Notes: a model not told the origin generated them from the letters alone. Counted from the stretch's first letter, positions 37,753 to 47,378 are shown. The stretch: 48,047 nucleotides of DNA from a virus (IMGVR_UViG_3300036790_000104:1-48047); one strand, 5' to 3'. A program made the numbers and translations.

Positions 37753-38298
37753 TTAAGGTTTAGGTGGTGCCAGTGGCGTCACCACCGGCGACTCAGTTTT
37801 CTGCAAAGGCAGAGCACCCGGGACATCAGTCCATGAACCAACAACTCCTTCATCCGCAACCTTGGGAATTTCTTTCCACGTTTCAGCCGCTTCGGCAAAC
37901 GTTTCAGGAACCTTAGAGTTCTTCGGGAAGGTTTCGTCGATGGTTTTCTTGTGGTATTTGGTGCGCAGCCGTGAGATTTCCTCATGGCCGGTGCGTGGAC
38001 GGTATTCTGCTGATTTTAACAAGGTGCCGGCCAAAACCGTTTCGCCTTTTTTGATTGTCCGAGTGCCGTCAGCGACTGGCACTGTGATGTCCTTATCATA
38101 CGAGCCGTCGGTTTCTTGCACCTCAGCCGGTGTTTTGATCGATTGAGCCGAGCCGATTACCTTGAGATCGAGCAGCGGGTGTTTCTTCGCTCTGTCTTTA
38201 TGCAAGGTGACGAGCACCATCGCCTCTGCCGGGGTGATTGAACGTTGTGGCACATCAGAGTCGTTACCGATGTGCAGTCTGCAATTTGCAAGTTCCAT
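37753..38298 (-). CDS. hypothetical head-module protein
   Basis: ITPAEAMVLVTLH...EISRLRTKY. Confidence 0.7.
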   Translation of the reverse strand: MELANCRLHIGNDSDVPQRSITPAEAMVLVTLHKDRAKKHPLLDLKVIGSAQSIKTPAEVQETDGSYDKDITVPVADGTRTIKKGETVLAGTLLKSAEYRPRTGHEEISRLRTKYHKKTIDETFPKNSKVPETFAEAAETWKEIPKVADEGVVGSWTDVPGALPLQKTESPVVTPLAPPKP

Positions 38299-38317
38299 AG
38301 ATTTTCTTTCTTTTCAG

Positions 38318-38342
38318 GTAAGATTCACTTTGTGAATATTAC
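38318..38342 (-). promoter_or_regulatory. 25-bp palindromic site 8
   Basis: GTAAGATTCACTTTGTGAATATTAC, intergenic. Confidence 0.9.
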
Positions 38343-38343
38343 A

Positions 38344-39153
38344 TTAAGGCACAGACATCGAGATACCGGCCTTTGTAATGAAGGTGTTTGTTGAATTGAA
38401 ATTTGTCCCAAACTGATATTTGTAAATGGCTACGGATTTAACTCCTGCAAGCCATGCAGACGAGGGTTGATAGGTGCCGATAACCTCGTTAGTGCCGTTC
38501 TCGGTGATCGAGACACTATTAGTGTTCGCCATATCATAAACATGTCCATCATAAGACTTAGCAAAGATGAAGATGTTTGTGGAGTTAGTGCACGATGCAG
38601 TGTCTCCAGCGATACCAAAGACAAAGACACAGTTCGTGTTCACCTGACCATTTGCATCACCATTATTGATAGTGATAGGAACAAATGGCCCTGGCACAAT
38701 ATTTCCCGCGTTGGAGTTTGACACTCCAGAGGTGTATTGTATCAGATACATGTTTGTGCCTGTCAGTTGATAACCGAAGGGGTTGTAGGAATATAAGTTA
38801 GTGCCCACTCCAGAGACATTGGTAAACCCTCCTGTTGATCCTATGATACTATTTGTCAACCCACCAATCATATTCGTCGCATACGCCACGATCGCCGACG
38901 AGATACTCACAATCTGAGGAAACTCATTAGCGTATGTGAAGTAGGTGATGTTCGTAGGCGGCGAGAAGAAACCAGGGGGGCCGAATAGGGTTGTGCCTGT
39001 GGCGCCGTTGGTTTGCAACACCGACACGAAGTCCTTGTTACCGAGTTCCAAGGCAGAGTTGTAGTTCAAAAACGACAAAAACTGCGTGTTGGATGCTTGA
39101 ACTGCCATTGTGCTTAGAAGCACGAGAGCTGTGATAAACTTTTTCATTTTCAT
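38344..39153 (-). CDS. TN-rich protein with Sec signal peptide at the capsid-decoration position
   Basis: MKMKKFITALVLLSTMAVQA-S; immediately after the capsid gene. Confidence 0.7.
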   Translation of the reverse strand: MKMKKFITALVLLSTMAVQASNTQFLSFLNYNSALELGNKDFVSVLQTNGATGTTLFGPPGFFSPPTNITYFTYANEFPQIVSISSAIVAYATNMIGGLTNSIIGSTGGFTNVSGVGTNLYSYNPFGYQLTGTNMYLIQYTSGVSNSNAGNIVPGPFVPITINNGDANGQVNTNCVFVFGIAGDTASCTNSTNIFIFAKSYDGHVYDMANTNSVSITENGTNEVIGTYQPSSAWLAGVKSVAIYKYQFGTNFNSTNTFITKAGISMSVP

Positions 39154-39169
39154 ATTTCCTTGTGGTTAG

Positions 39170-40216
39170 TTAAATCTGGACACCATAAACCGCCAAGGCG
39201 TTCAACTGACGAGCAACGACCGCAAAGGTCGAGGTGATCGAACGGAAGAAGACCATGTAGTTGTAAGGACGTTCCGGGGTGCAGATTTTCTTGTCCTCAC
39301 CGGCCATCGGTTTCATTTGAATGCGGCGCATATCCATCATGTAGCAGCGGTTCGCTAGACCGAGATCATCGAGAGTGGGGTCATAAGAGAACTTACCCAC
39401 ACCGCGCATCGAGATGTCAGCCATGCCGATGTCGGTGTTCCCCTCGTTCTTGAAACCCTCTTGGGTGTAAACACCTTTACCCTGAACTTCGAGTTCAAGG
39501 GCGTCTATGAACTTGGAACCGCAGGCGATGTAGTCAGTGCGACCACCGTAGCGCCGGATTTGACGTTGATCGGAACGGAGGTAGCGGGTGAGGGTTTGAT
39601 TCAAGGGCGAGACACCAAGAGTCAAATTCGCACGATGCTGCCACCATGGATATTGTTGGCGAGACAGCCCACCTGTTGAACCTGCTGTCGGGGTGTCGGT
39701 CATAATGGACAAGATGCCGGGAGGAACCAATGGGTCTTGAGAACCGTCTTTCCATAGTGTAAAGTTCTCGGCGCGCATCCACGATTCGCCGAAGTCTTCC
39801 AACCGATTCTGCATGAGGTCGGTTAGCACGGTCGCTTCACGATCTGAGTGGTTTGACATTTTGTTGTTGTCCGAAACAGTAATACCATCGACCTTTAACT
39901 CCGTCCAGGTGATGCCCAAACCAGCGTGGGTTTCATAACCAGTAAACACGGCTCGCAGGATGTTCTGCGCTTGGGTGAATTGCAATTGTTGATCCTGAGT
40001 ATAGCCGGAATAGAAACCGGGCACATCACCCATATACGAACCTTGAATAGGTTCGCTGATTTGAAACCCTTTGCCAGATGGAAAGGTCTTCGACTTGGCG
40101 CGAAACTTCGCGAGGGTGGGTTTTTCCTCTGTCGTTTGAGAGAGGGTTTTCCCTTTGATGTAAAAGATAAGAGCAGCGTTGATGATGTCAGACGCTACTA
40201 CAAAACCAAGAGCCAT
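39170..40216 (-). CDS. major capsid protein
   Basis: 348 aa after scaffold; ITWTELKVDG, GGLSRQQYPWWQH, YDPTLDD. Confidence 0.85.
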   Translation of the reverse strand: MALGFVVASDIINAALIFYIKGKTLSQTTEEKPTLAKFRAKSKTFPSGKGFQISEPIQGSYMGDVPGFYSGYTQDQQLQFTQAQNILRAVFTGYETHAGLGITWTELKVDGITVSDNNKMSNHSDREATVLTDLMQNRLEDFGESWMRAENFTLWKDGSQDPLVPPGILSIMTDTPTAGSTGGLSRQQYPWWQHRANLTLGVSPLNQTLTRYLRSDQRQIRRYGGRTDYIACGSKFIDALELEVQGKGVYTQEGFKNEGNTDIGMADISMRGVGKFSYDPTLDDLGLANRCYMMDMRRIQMKPMAGEDKKICTPERPYNYMVFFRSITSTFAVVARQLNALAVYGVQI

Positions 40217-40234
40217 ATTGTTTGTTCTTTCGAG

Positions 40235-41332
40235 TTAAGCCACCTCAGAAACAGTGAAGCCGTTTTTGCGGCCAGCGGTGCGCGCAACAAATTGCGCCAT
40301 CGTTTCACCAGGTTTTGGGTCGCCAGTGATAGGTTCAGAAGAACGAATATCGCCCGTCGGGATGCGGCGGGCACGGGGTGTTGGAGTGAATCGTTTTGCG
40401 ATGCCTTTGGCCCAGGTATAGGCGGTGTCGGCGATCTGCACAGCGTCGGCAACAGTGGTCGGTGGTTTCTCCAATGCAAGAAGTTTCATCTTATCAACGG
40501 TCATTTCAAAAACGCCGTCCGGTTTTCCCGCGTCAGCCTTTGGCTTAAAGTCGGGATCGGACTTCATTTTCAAATTGCCCCATTGGTTTTGAGCCTCGCG
40601 CATTCCATTTTGCAAACCTTTGACCTGCTGTTCTTGTGTCTGGGTTTGAGAACGTTTTGAGTTCTCGACTGCCAGCCGAGCAAGGTGGAGTTCGGTCGCA
40701 CGTTCCTTCGACATTGTTCCATCTGTAACCTCTTTCTGCAAGTCGGGCGGGAGAGCCGCGCCGGTTTGCAAGTCGATGTTCTGGATGATCTGTGCTAAGG
40801 TTTCACGTGCTTTCTTTGGGTCAGTGTTCAGCAAAGCACACAACTCCATAGCAGTTTTCTTTTGCTCCGGGGGGATGCTCCATTGCTGACAGTATTGAGC
40901 ATCCAACCGGGCGTTTTCAGCCAGCGGTGTAAGCTCTTTGACCTTCTGATTTAACTCCTGAAACCGCGGATGCTGGTCAAGTCTTTCTTCAAGTTTCTTG
41001 TCCAACTCTTTGATCTCAGTCTCTTGCTGTTCGCGTTGTGCTTTTTCTTCATCACTCTCGGATTCGTTGCGGGCTTTGCGTTCTTCTTCTGCAAGGCGGG
41101 CTTCTTCCGTTTCACGTGCGGTTTTTTGTTCCGCCGTCTCATTGGCATCAGGCGTGACTGCCTCCGGGTCTTCGCGATCTTCATTCAACGTCTGCTGAAC
41201 AAATTCTTGCATCGAACCCTTCTCGTTAGCGCCTTCGATTTCGACCTCGTGTTCAACAGGGTTAGGCTGTTCAGCCAACCGAGCTATTTCAGCGAGGCGT
41301 CCGGAATCGTCATTTATTATTGCTTTGTCCAT
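40235..41332 (-). CDS. capsid scaffolding protein
   Basis: acidic coiled coil, HPRFQEL; between portal and capsid. Confidence 0.75.
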   Translation of the reverse strand: MDKAIINDDSGRLAEIARLAEQPNPVEHEVEIEGANEKGSMQEFVQQTLNEDREDPEAVTPDANETAEQKTARETEEARLAEEERKARNESESDEEKAQREQQETEIKELDKKLEERLDQHPRFQELNQKVKELTPLAENARLDAQYCQQWSIPPEQKKTAMELCALLNTDPKKARETLAQIIQNIDLQTGAALPPDLQKEVTDGTMSKERATELHLARLAVENSKRSQTQTQEQQVKGLQNGMREAQNQWGNLKMKSDPDFKPKADAGKPDGVFEMTVDKMKLLALEKPPTTVADAVQIADTAYTWAKGIAKRFTPTPRARRIPTGDIRSSEPITGDPKPGETMAQFVARTAGRKNGFTVSEVA

Positions 41333-41338
41333 AAAGTG

Positions 41339-43516
41339 TTAGGTCTCATGCACCGGCTGGCCGTTGGGTAAGGGTTGGTGTTGAGCTGGTGGGGTTTGGG
41401 GTTTGGCCGGGCCAGCGGGTTGACCCGGTTGTGGGGCTTGCTGTTGCTGTCCTTGTTGTGCCATCATCATTGCACCCGGGAGAGGTAAACCGACAGCAAG
41501 AATCTTCGTAAGGTCGAGCCGGTCGTCCAAGCGTTTGATCCCTTCCTCGGCTAAACCGATCATTGGGCCGGTTGGGTTGGTGATAGCTTGGATGATGAGA
41601 GGGGCCAGTTCTTTAAAGTTGGCAATGTCAAGAGCTTTGTTGGGACGTCCAGAGGAGGCTGCTTTAACCGATAACATTATCTCATTGAGAAAGTCTTCAC
41701 GGTTTTGTTGAGGCAGCACAGCTCCGCGTCCGGCAATGCGTTGCACAGTATCAAGTTGGAAATAGCGAAGAATAATTTCACCAAACATTTGGGCAATAGT
41801 ACTAAGAAAGTCGTCAAGATCGTCAGTGTTACTTGCAGCAACAGTATTCTTAGACTGCTCCGCAATTGTAGCTCCTGTCGCAGTAACCTTAGGTGTGGGT
41901 CTACCAAGATCAGCTTCTTGGGTTCCGGCTGAGAGTTGTATGTCTTGAGCAAGAGGGTTAGTATCATACAATAAAGGTTGAATAGGGGAGTGTTCAAACG
42001 GGGCGAGCAGCTTTCCAATATCCTGACCCATTTGTGCACCCTCAAGTTCGACGACCGCGGAGTCCTCATGGTTGTTAATCTTGTTCATGTCGTCCAAGGT
42101 CAACCACCCTTTGCCTGTTAAATAAGCGGGGGTATTGGCGACACGGTGCGATCGCCAGGCTTGGCGAGAACGGTTCCATTCTTTTTGGGAGTTACGCATC
42201 AGTGCCACATCTGACGGCGGGAAGATGGAACAACCTTCTGAACCACCATCAGGTTCAGTTTCGACGTCGTTGAAAGTGAGGGCAACGATGGGCCAGAAGT
42301 GGTTGGTCTCAGGCATCACTGCTTCGGGAGCTTGAACGAAGTCTTTCCAGCCGTCGCAGATGACAAAGCAGGACTTGGTATCGAGGTCGTAAACGTCGAA
42401 CAAGCAAACGCGTTTCTTCTCAGCGGGAGAGGTGGAAGAGGTGTCCTTGGCCGCGGTATCTTGTTGAGAGTTTCCACTAGCTTCGTAGGATTTGACATCA
42501 GCCGCTTTGATATCCGTTTCATAGAAGGCGTTAACGGTTGAGAGATCGAGCACCCGCTCAATAGCAATCCAGCGAGCACCGACGAAGCCTTTGAGGTGTC
42601 GGCAGCGTGGGTCGATAATGACGGAGGTCGAGGGAAGAAAGTCGAGAGTGATACGTTGGTTAATATTGCCAGTGTCGCCCGTCTGCACCGATGCCATTAT
42701 GGACGCTCCAAGGTTTGCGAGCGTAAGAACCTCCGGAGATTCGTCCGTGATTTTATCGTCGTCGAGGTCTTGGGCGATTTGTTTAAGTTGTTTAATGCGG
42801 TCAGTGATGGTTGACTCGGTTTCACTTGTGGAGAGCGTCCCCTCCAAACCATCGACGTAGTTGATTTGGACATAGCCGACTCCAGTTGTTTTGACCCGTC
42901 GCACCAGTTGTTTCATCTGGAGTTTGAAGTCGGGCTGGAGGGAGTCCAACATATATTGGGCGACGAAGGTTACGGTTTTACCTACACGATCGACCAGTTC
43001 ACGCCACATTTGACCTTCGCTATAGTCTTGGATCATTTGCAGTGCCAAAGGGTTAATGGGTTGCCCCGTCAACGCTGCTTGGTTGGCTCCTTGCACTGCT
43101 GCCTGTATCGACTCCTCTTTACCATCCCAGATGGTGAAGTCCAAACGATCACGACGCTGCGCTTCGATGGTTGGGTTGCGTGCATATAATGTAGCAACCC
43201 CTTGCGAGATGTTTCGTAAGGTTAGGTTGCACACATACTTGTCTGATTCCAACGTCTGCTGTCCCTCCCATTGAAAGCCACGAGCGAAACGCATATCCGC
43301 CTTCATCCGTTTGAAGTCGGGGTCCCATTTGTCTCGTGCTTTAATGATACGTTCATTCCACTGTTTAACCCAACGTTCACGTCGCACCTTCTCAACATCA
43401 TCCTCACCCGTTTTCTTATCCTTGGGTTTTTCCGTCGTCGGTTTATCGGACGGCTTGGCCGGGATGTCAAAAGCCCCTTCGGTGCTCCGAGGTTGAGTTG
43501 TTAAGTCTTTTGTCAT
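41339..43516 (-). CDS. portal protein
   Basis: 725 aa after terL; LYARNP, TATGATIAEQ, AASSGRPN, Q/P tail. Confidence 0.85.
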   Translation of the reverse strand: MTKDLTTQPRSTEGAFDIPAKPSDKPTTEKPKDKKTGEDDVEKVRRERWVKQWNERIIKARDKWDPDFKRMKADMRFARGFQWEGQQTLESDKYVCNLTLRNISQGVATLYARNPTIEAQRRDRLDFTIWDGKEESIQAAVQGANQAALTGQPINPLALQMIQDYSEGQMWRELVDRVGKTVTFVAQYMLDSLQPDFKLQMKQLVRRVKTTGVGYVQINYVDGLEGTLSTSETESTITDRIKQLKQIAQDLDDDKITDESPEVLTLANLGASIMASVQTGDTGNINQRITLDFLPSTSVIIDPRCRHLKGFVGARWIAIERVLDLSTVNAFYETDIKAADVKSYEASGNSQQDTAAKDTSSTSPAEKKRVCLFDVYDLDTKSCFVICDGWKDFVQAPEAVMPETNHFWPIVALTFNDVETEPDGGSEGCSIFPPSDVALMRNSQKEWNRSRQAWRSHRVANTPAYLTGKGWLTLDDMNKINNHEDSAVVELEGAQMGQDIGKLLAPFEHSPIQPLLYDTNPLAQDIQLSAGTQEADLGRPTPKVTATGATIAEQSKNTVAASNTDDLDDFLSTIAQMFGEIILRYFQLDTVQRIAGRGAVLPQQNREDFLNEIMLSVKAASSGRPNKALDIANFKELAPLIIQAITNPTGPMIGLAEEGIKRLDDRLDLTKILAVGLPLPGAMMMAQQGQQQQAPQPGQPAGPAKPQTPPAQHQPLPNGQPVHET

Positions 43517-43541
43517 GTAAGTTTCACAAAGTGAATATTAC
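43517..43541 (-). promoter_or_regulatory. 25-bp palindromic site 9
   Basis: GTAAGTTTCACAAAGTGAATATTAC; contains the terL stop and abuts the portal ATG. Confidence 0.9.
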
Positions 43542-45076
43542 TTATCGCCGAACAGAACAGCCGAACGTCGTCCCCTTTTTTCCTCATCCTTGAGCCATTT
43601 GTAGGTGGGAACGAAACCCACGTTCAAGGGTTCGACTTGTTGGGTTTGAACGGCGGAGGGTCGGATTAGTCGGTTGACTTTCATGCCGACGTGTCCAAGA
43701 AAGTCACAAAAGTCATCGGATTTGTCGTCACCGTTACCTGTAAAAGACATCATCTCGAACAGGGCGTCAGGCCACCAGTCGGCATCAACGGGGAAGAAGA
43801 CACGATGTTGTTGTAACATACCAGCAATGGCCCCGCACCGGGCACGTTTGGAACCGGTGGGTTGGACTTCATTTAACACAAAGAAGCAACCTAGTTCACG
43901 CATTTTGAGTTCTATGAGAGGACGGAGGGACTTCGAGATGTGGCCTTTTTCGGCTGTCCAGTCGATAGGGTGGAGCCGTTTGACCATGGTGAACATGGCA
44001 TTAACCGCGTCCATTGGTGAGGCCTTCTTCCAGTATAGGTCAGGAAGAATCCAGATATTGTAGTCCTCGTCGATACCGAATGCACCAAGACATGATTTAT
44101 TGGCGGTGCGTGCTTCGGAGACAGCATGGTCAGATGCGCAGTAGATATTTAGGTTCTTAGGAAGCCGGGCTGTTTCATAAGTCATCACCCATTCACGTTT
44201 AAAGAAGTCACCGCTTTCAGGAGTCGGGTTCTGTTGATATAACCCAGCCCAGGTTCTCGGGTCTTTCTTGGCGTCAGCGACCTGCTTAGGGGTGAACCAT
44301 TCGGGCCATAGGCGTTCGCCGGGTTGGCGGCCGAGCACATCGTCTTCTCCCGCTTCCATTGGTATGGAGAGGACATACCAATCTTCGGCTTCATTCGCCG
44401 GGAACTTGGGGTCGAGCAGCCGACCGACGAGGTCGTCTTCGTGGCGGCGGTTGCAGATGAGCACACGCCACGCCTGGGGTTTGAGCCGAGGAACGAAGTC
44501 ATTACGATACCAGTCCCACAAACGGTCGCGAAAGAGTTTGGAGTCAGCGGTCATTTCGTCACCGATGGGGTCGTCGATGAGGCCGAGGTCGGCGCGGTGA
44601 CCTGCAATACCTGCGTTAACACCAGCACAGAAATATCGACCTTCGTTGGTGGTTTCCCATTGACCAGCGGCTTTGGAGTCGGTCTTCAACCTGTAACCAA
44701 GAAACTGCCCAACCTGTTCAATAAGATTGCGGCAACGACGTCCGAATGATTCAACGAGGTCGAGAGAGTAGGAGGTTGAGAGGATTGTCAGGTGCTTCGC
44801 TCGGTTCAAAAACCAAGGAGGAAAGAGCCACGATGTGTAGGTGGACTTGGCGGCTCCGGGTGGAAGCATGATGATGAGCCGCTTTGCGACCTGACCATTG
44901 GGCAGCATCAGTTTATCTTTAACCAAATCATCCAACGCTTTAATGATGACTAGGTGGTGCTGCGCAGGTTCCTGGCCTTCGGGTAAATTAGACCGACACC
45001 ACACCTCAAACGATGCGCGCATTTGTTTACGCCGCACGAACTCAGCCGCTTGATCGAATTGTTGTTGGGTGGGCAC
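43538..45076 (-). CDS. terL: terminase large subunit
   Basis: LPPGAAKST, GHRADLGLIDDP, RRHEDDLVG, LYQQNP, ASDHA, DDFCD. Confidence 0.95.
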   Translation of the reverse strand: MPTQQQFDQAAEFVRRKQMRASFEVWCRSNLPEGQEPAQHHLVIIKALDDLVKDKLMLPNGQVAKRLIIMLPPGAAKSTYTSWLFPPWFLNRAKHLTILSTSYSLDLVESFGRRCRNLIEQVGQFLGYRLKTDSKAAGQWETTNEGRYFCAGVNAGIAGHRADLGLIDDPIGDEMTADSKLFRDRLWDWYRNDFVPRLKPQAWRVLICNRRHEDDLVGRLLDPKFPANEAEDWYVLSIPMEAGEDDVLGRQPGERLWPEWFTPKQVADAKKDPRTWAGLYQQNPTPESGDFFKREWVMTYETARLPKNLNIYCASDHAVSEARTANKSCLGAFGIDEDYNIWILPDLYWKKASPMDAVNAMFTMVKRLHPIDWTAEKGHISKSLRPLIELKMRELGCFFVLNEVQPTGSKRARCGAIAGMLQQHRVFFPVDADWWPDALFEMMSFTGNGDDKSDDFCDFLGHVGMKVNRLIRPSAVQTQQVEPLNVGFVPTYKWLKDEEKRGRRSAVLFGDK

Positions 45077-45105
45077 GAGGGTTAATAAGAAGCATTCTTA
45101 CGGCA

Positions 45106-45291
45106 CTAAGCTATTCCCTCAAACCCAGAAGGTGCAATCTCTTGTTCTTCCATCAACTGATAATTACGAATAGGATCATCAGGCATGTTGATTTGATTTT
45201 CAAAACGATGACAGTTTCCGCACATACGAACACGATTTGTTTGACTATAATGCCAAGCGTGAAAACCAAACTTACAAAGAAGTTTAAACAT
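45106..45291 (-). CDS. small DUF1660-like Cys/His protein
   Basis: LLCKFGFHAW...RMCGNC. Confidence 0.55.
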   Translation of the reverse strand: MFKLLCKFGFHAWHYSQTNRVRMCGNCHRFENQINMPDDPIRNYQLMEEQEIAPSGFEGIA

Positions 45292-45293
45292 AT

Positions 45294-45800
45294 CTATTCG
45301 TCGAGGAACGTAGGAACACCATCTGGAACAACTTGCCTCGGCTTCGCCCGTTCTTTTAATACAGCCTGCACTCCCTCCATCAGTTCTTCGTCGGTTTGTT
45401 CGGTGACGTTCTTGTTGATATGAGTAATAGTCTGTGGAGTCTTACCAATCCAACGATCGACCAGTTCTTTGTTGGCTGCGAATTTGACACCGGGGTTGTG
45501 GCACAACTCTGACATCTCGACAATACGGGACATAGCGGCGCGACCATTAGCTGCCATCTTTTCACGTTCGTCTTCACCGGACTCAGCGGCCCGCTGGGTC
45601 ATGTAGTCGATGAGCCATGACTGCTTCAAGGTGTAGGCGACAGCGACCGCTGTGCATTTGAAAGCCTCAGCGATTTCGAGGTTGGTGAAGCCATTAAGGT
45701 GCATCTCTGCCATTAGACGATGCTTTGCCTTCTCACGTTTGAGGACATACTCAGGCCCGGTTTGACCGTAGAGTTGGTTGGGTTGAGTGGTGGAGGTCAT
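45294..45800 (-). CDS. terS: putative terminase small subunit (HTH)
   Basis: GFTNLEIAEAF HTH, AANKELVDRWIGK; upstream of terL. Confidence 0.7.
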   Translation of the reverse strand: MTSTTQPNQLYGQTGPEYVLKREKAKHRLMAEMHLNGFTNLEIAEAFKCTAVAVAYTLKQSWLIDYMTQRAAESGEDEREKMAANGRAAMSRIVEMSELCHNPGVKFAANKELVDRWIGKTPQTITHINKNVTEQTDEELMEGVQAVLKERAKPRQVVPDGVPTFLDE

Positions 45801-45979
45801 ACAGGTTCTACCTCAGGGCAAGGTTCGGGGCGGCGTGTGCAAAGGTCTTGCGCATTGATGATGTCGGTTATTGAGAAGGTGTGTAAAGGCCGATGCTCAA
45901 CGGCTAAGGGGCGAAGCCGCGTGACGAATGGTTGGTCTAACCTCGACTCATCATAATCGCTAATGCGCGGCTCTGCCAT
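45797..45979 (-). CDS. hypothetical protein, first gene of the late arm
   Basis: ATGA-coupled to terS. Confidence 0.45.
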   Translation of the reverse strand: MAEPRISDYDESRLDQPFVTRLRPLAVEHRPLHTFSITDIINAQDLCTRRPEPCPEVEPV

Positions 45980-46362
45980 CGCCCTTAGCTTAGTCTTTTT
46001 GCCTATAACAAAGCAAGGGAAAAGGCATCGCACTTTTGTTTATAGGACGGCGCGAAGCAAAGGGCGCATATGCGATCTTTCATGGCAGGGCGGCGCGGCA
46101 TATGAGGCAAGAGCTATATAGCCCTACTTTAACAATTAGATTTAGCGGAGCGCGGCTTTGATTAAGCGATGGGATGAAAGCCGCAAGCGAAAATAGAATG
46201 CCCTATATCAATGCGCATATGCGATCTTTTCTATATGTGGTATGTGAGATCACGGAGAGGCTCATCATTTCACACACCCACCCGCCGGGAGGGGGTGGTT
46301 GGGCGTCCCGCCCCTTGCCTATGGCCAGCGGGGTGGCACAAGGCGCGAGCACGTGGGCACGC

Positions 46363-46621
46363 AGCACCCTCCGTGCCATAGCGGATGAAATAGACCGCAA
46401 GGGCGATATAGTGGTGGGTGGCATGAGGCTTGCTCACTATAGCATTAGCTATGCCGTTGCGCCCGATATTTCGCCGCCTCGCGCTTTTCTCGCCAGGTGG
46501 CACAGCCTATGCTATGACAGCAGGAAAGATGCCATAAAAAGTAATATTCACTTTGTGAATCTTACGTGAGGGCATGAGGGATTTGTGGCACACCTCCAGC
46601 TCCTCAGCATTGTCTATGCCA
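46363..46621. promoter_or_regulatory. array of sigma54-like -24/-12 boxes in face-to-face pairs
   Basis: + strand 46419, 46498, 46586; - strand 46363, 46441, 46519, 46606; all YGGCAY with exact GG-N10-GC spacing. Confidence 0.65.
46541..46565 (+). promoter_or_regulatory. 25-bp palindromic site 10
   Basis: GTAATATTCACTTTGTGAATCTTAC. Confidence 0.9.
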
Positions 46622-46743
46622 CCTTGAGCATAATAGATGATTTAAAGTGAAATTTTCCAATTGCGCATATGCGCTCTTTGCTCTAAGGTCATTGCATTGA
46701 GAGGGAATAAACCCTCTCTGAGCTAAAAAGAAAGAAAGCATAT

Positions 46744-47070
46744 ATGGAGAACCAGAAGATTGAAAAGCCGTTGTTTGTTGACTTCAGTGAGCTAATGCCG
46801 TTTGTGGATGCTGAGATTGCGAAGGGTAAGGGGTGGACGTCGACATCGCATGGGTTGGCGTTGGCGAATGCTGCGATTAAGGCGTATGAGACGGCGAGCA
46901 TGGAGCAGGGGTTGACAGGGCAGGCGTTAACCGTCTTCGTAGCGAGAAGCTTAGACCAGCATGGGTTGGGAGGGAATGCGAGCCAGTTTAGGCAGTATCT
47001 CGCGAGCAAAGGGAAGATTGCGAAAGCGGTTAGCAAAGTGGATAAATATAGCCAAGAACCAGGGGAATGA
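46744..47070 (+). CDS. hypothetical protein, first gene of the early arm
   Basis: leader AAAGAAAGCATATATG, same AAAGCATATATG as before 8724. Confidence 0.75.
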   Translation: MENQKIEKPLFVDFSELMPFVDAEIAKGKGWTSTSHGLALANAAIKAYETASMEQGLTGQALTVFVARSLDQHGLGGNASQFRQYLASKGKIAKAVSKVDKYSQEPGE

Positions 47071-47071
47071 T

Positions 47072-47326
47072 ATGAGACAAGGCAAGGTTGAAATTTTATA
47101 TCAGGGACAAAAGCTTGGAAGCTTTAGGTTTAGAATTGAGGATAAGGGTAAAAGGGTTTATTTGTCGAAACCTTGGTTTGAAAACCCTGATAGAGCACCG
47201 CATAAAGTTCTTGCGGAGTTGAGAGATGTTGTAAGACGTCATGGCAGGGAATGGTTTAAGGATACAAGGTATGCCTTTATTCAAACCGAGGATAAGCAGA
47301 TTGAAACTAAGTGGATAGAGAGTTAA
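47072..47326 (+). CDS. hypothetical protein
   Basis: ATG 1 nt after upstream stop; 84 aa. Confidence 0.7.
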   Translation: MRQGKVEILYQGQKLGSFRFRIEDKGKRVYLSKPWFENPDRAPHKVLAELRDVVRRHGREWFKDTRYAFIQTEDKQIETKWIES

Positions 47327-47378
47327 GAGCGAACGCGAGCACTAGGGCGTTAAACCCTTAGTGCTCTCGTGCGTTCTT
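47325..47378 (+). terminator. stem-loop after 47072..47326 (possible terminator/processing site)
   Basis: GAGCACTAGGG-CGTTAAA-CCCTTAGTGCTC with extended flanks; weak U-tract. Confidence 0.4.

Noticed and set aside
39926-40660. 244-aa plus-strand ORF
   Set aside because: Antisense shadow of the capsid and scaffold genes
46334-46350. additional sigma54-like box TGGCACAAGGCGCGAGC
   Set aside because: GG-to-GC spacing is off by 2 bp, although it falls on the array period
46174-46569. 131-aa ORF in the control region
   Set aside because: Runs through the box array and palindromes, has no A-rich leader and an atypical composition; likely non-coding
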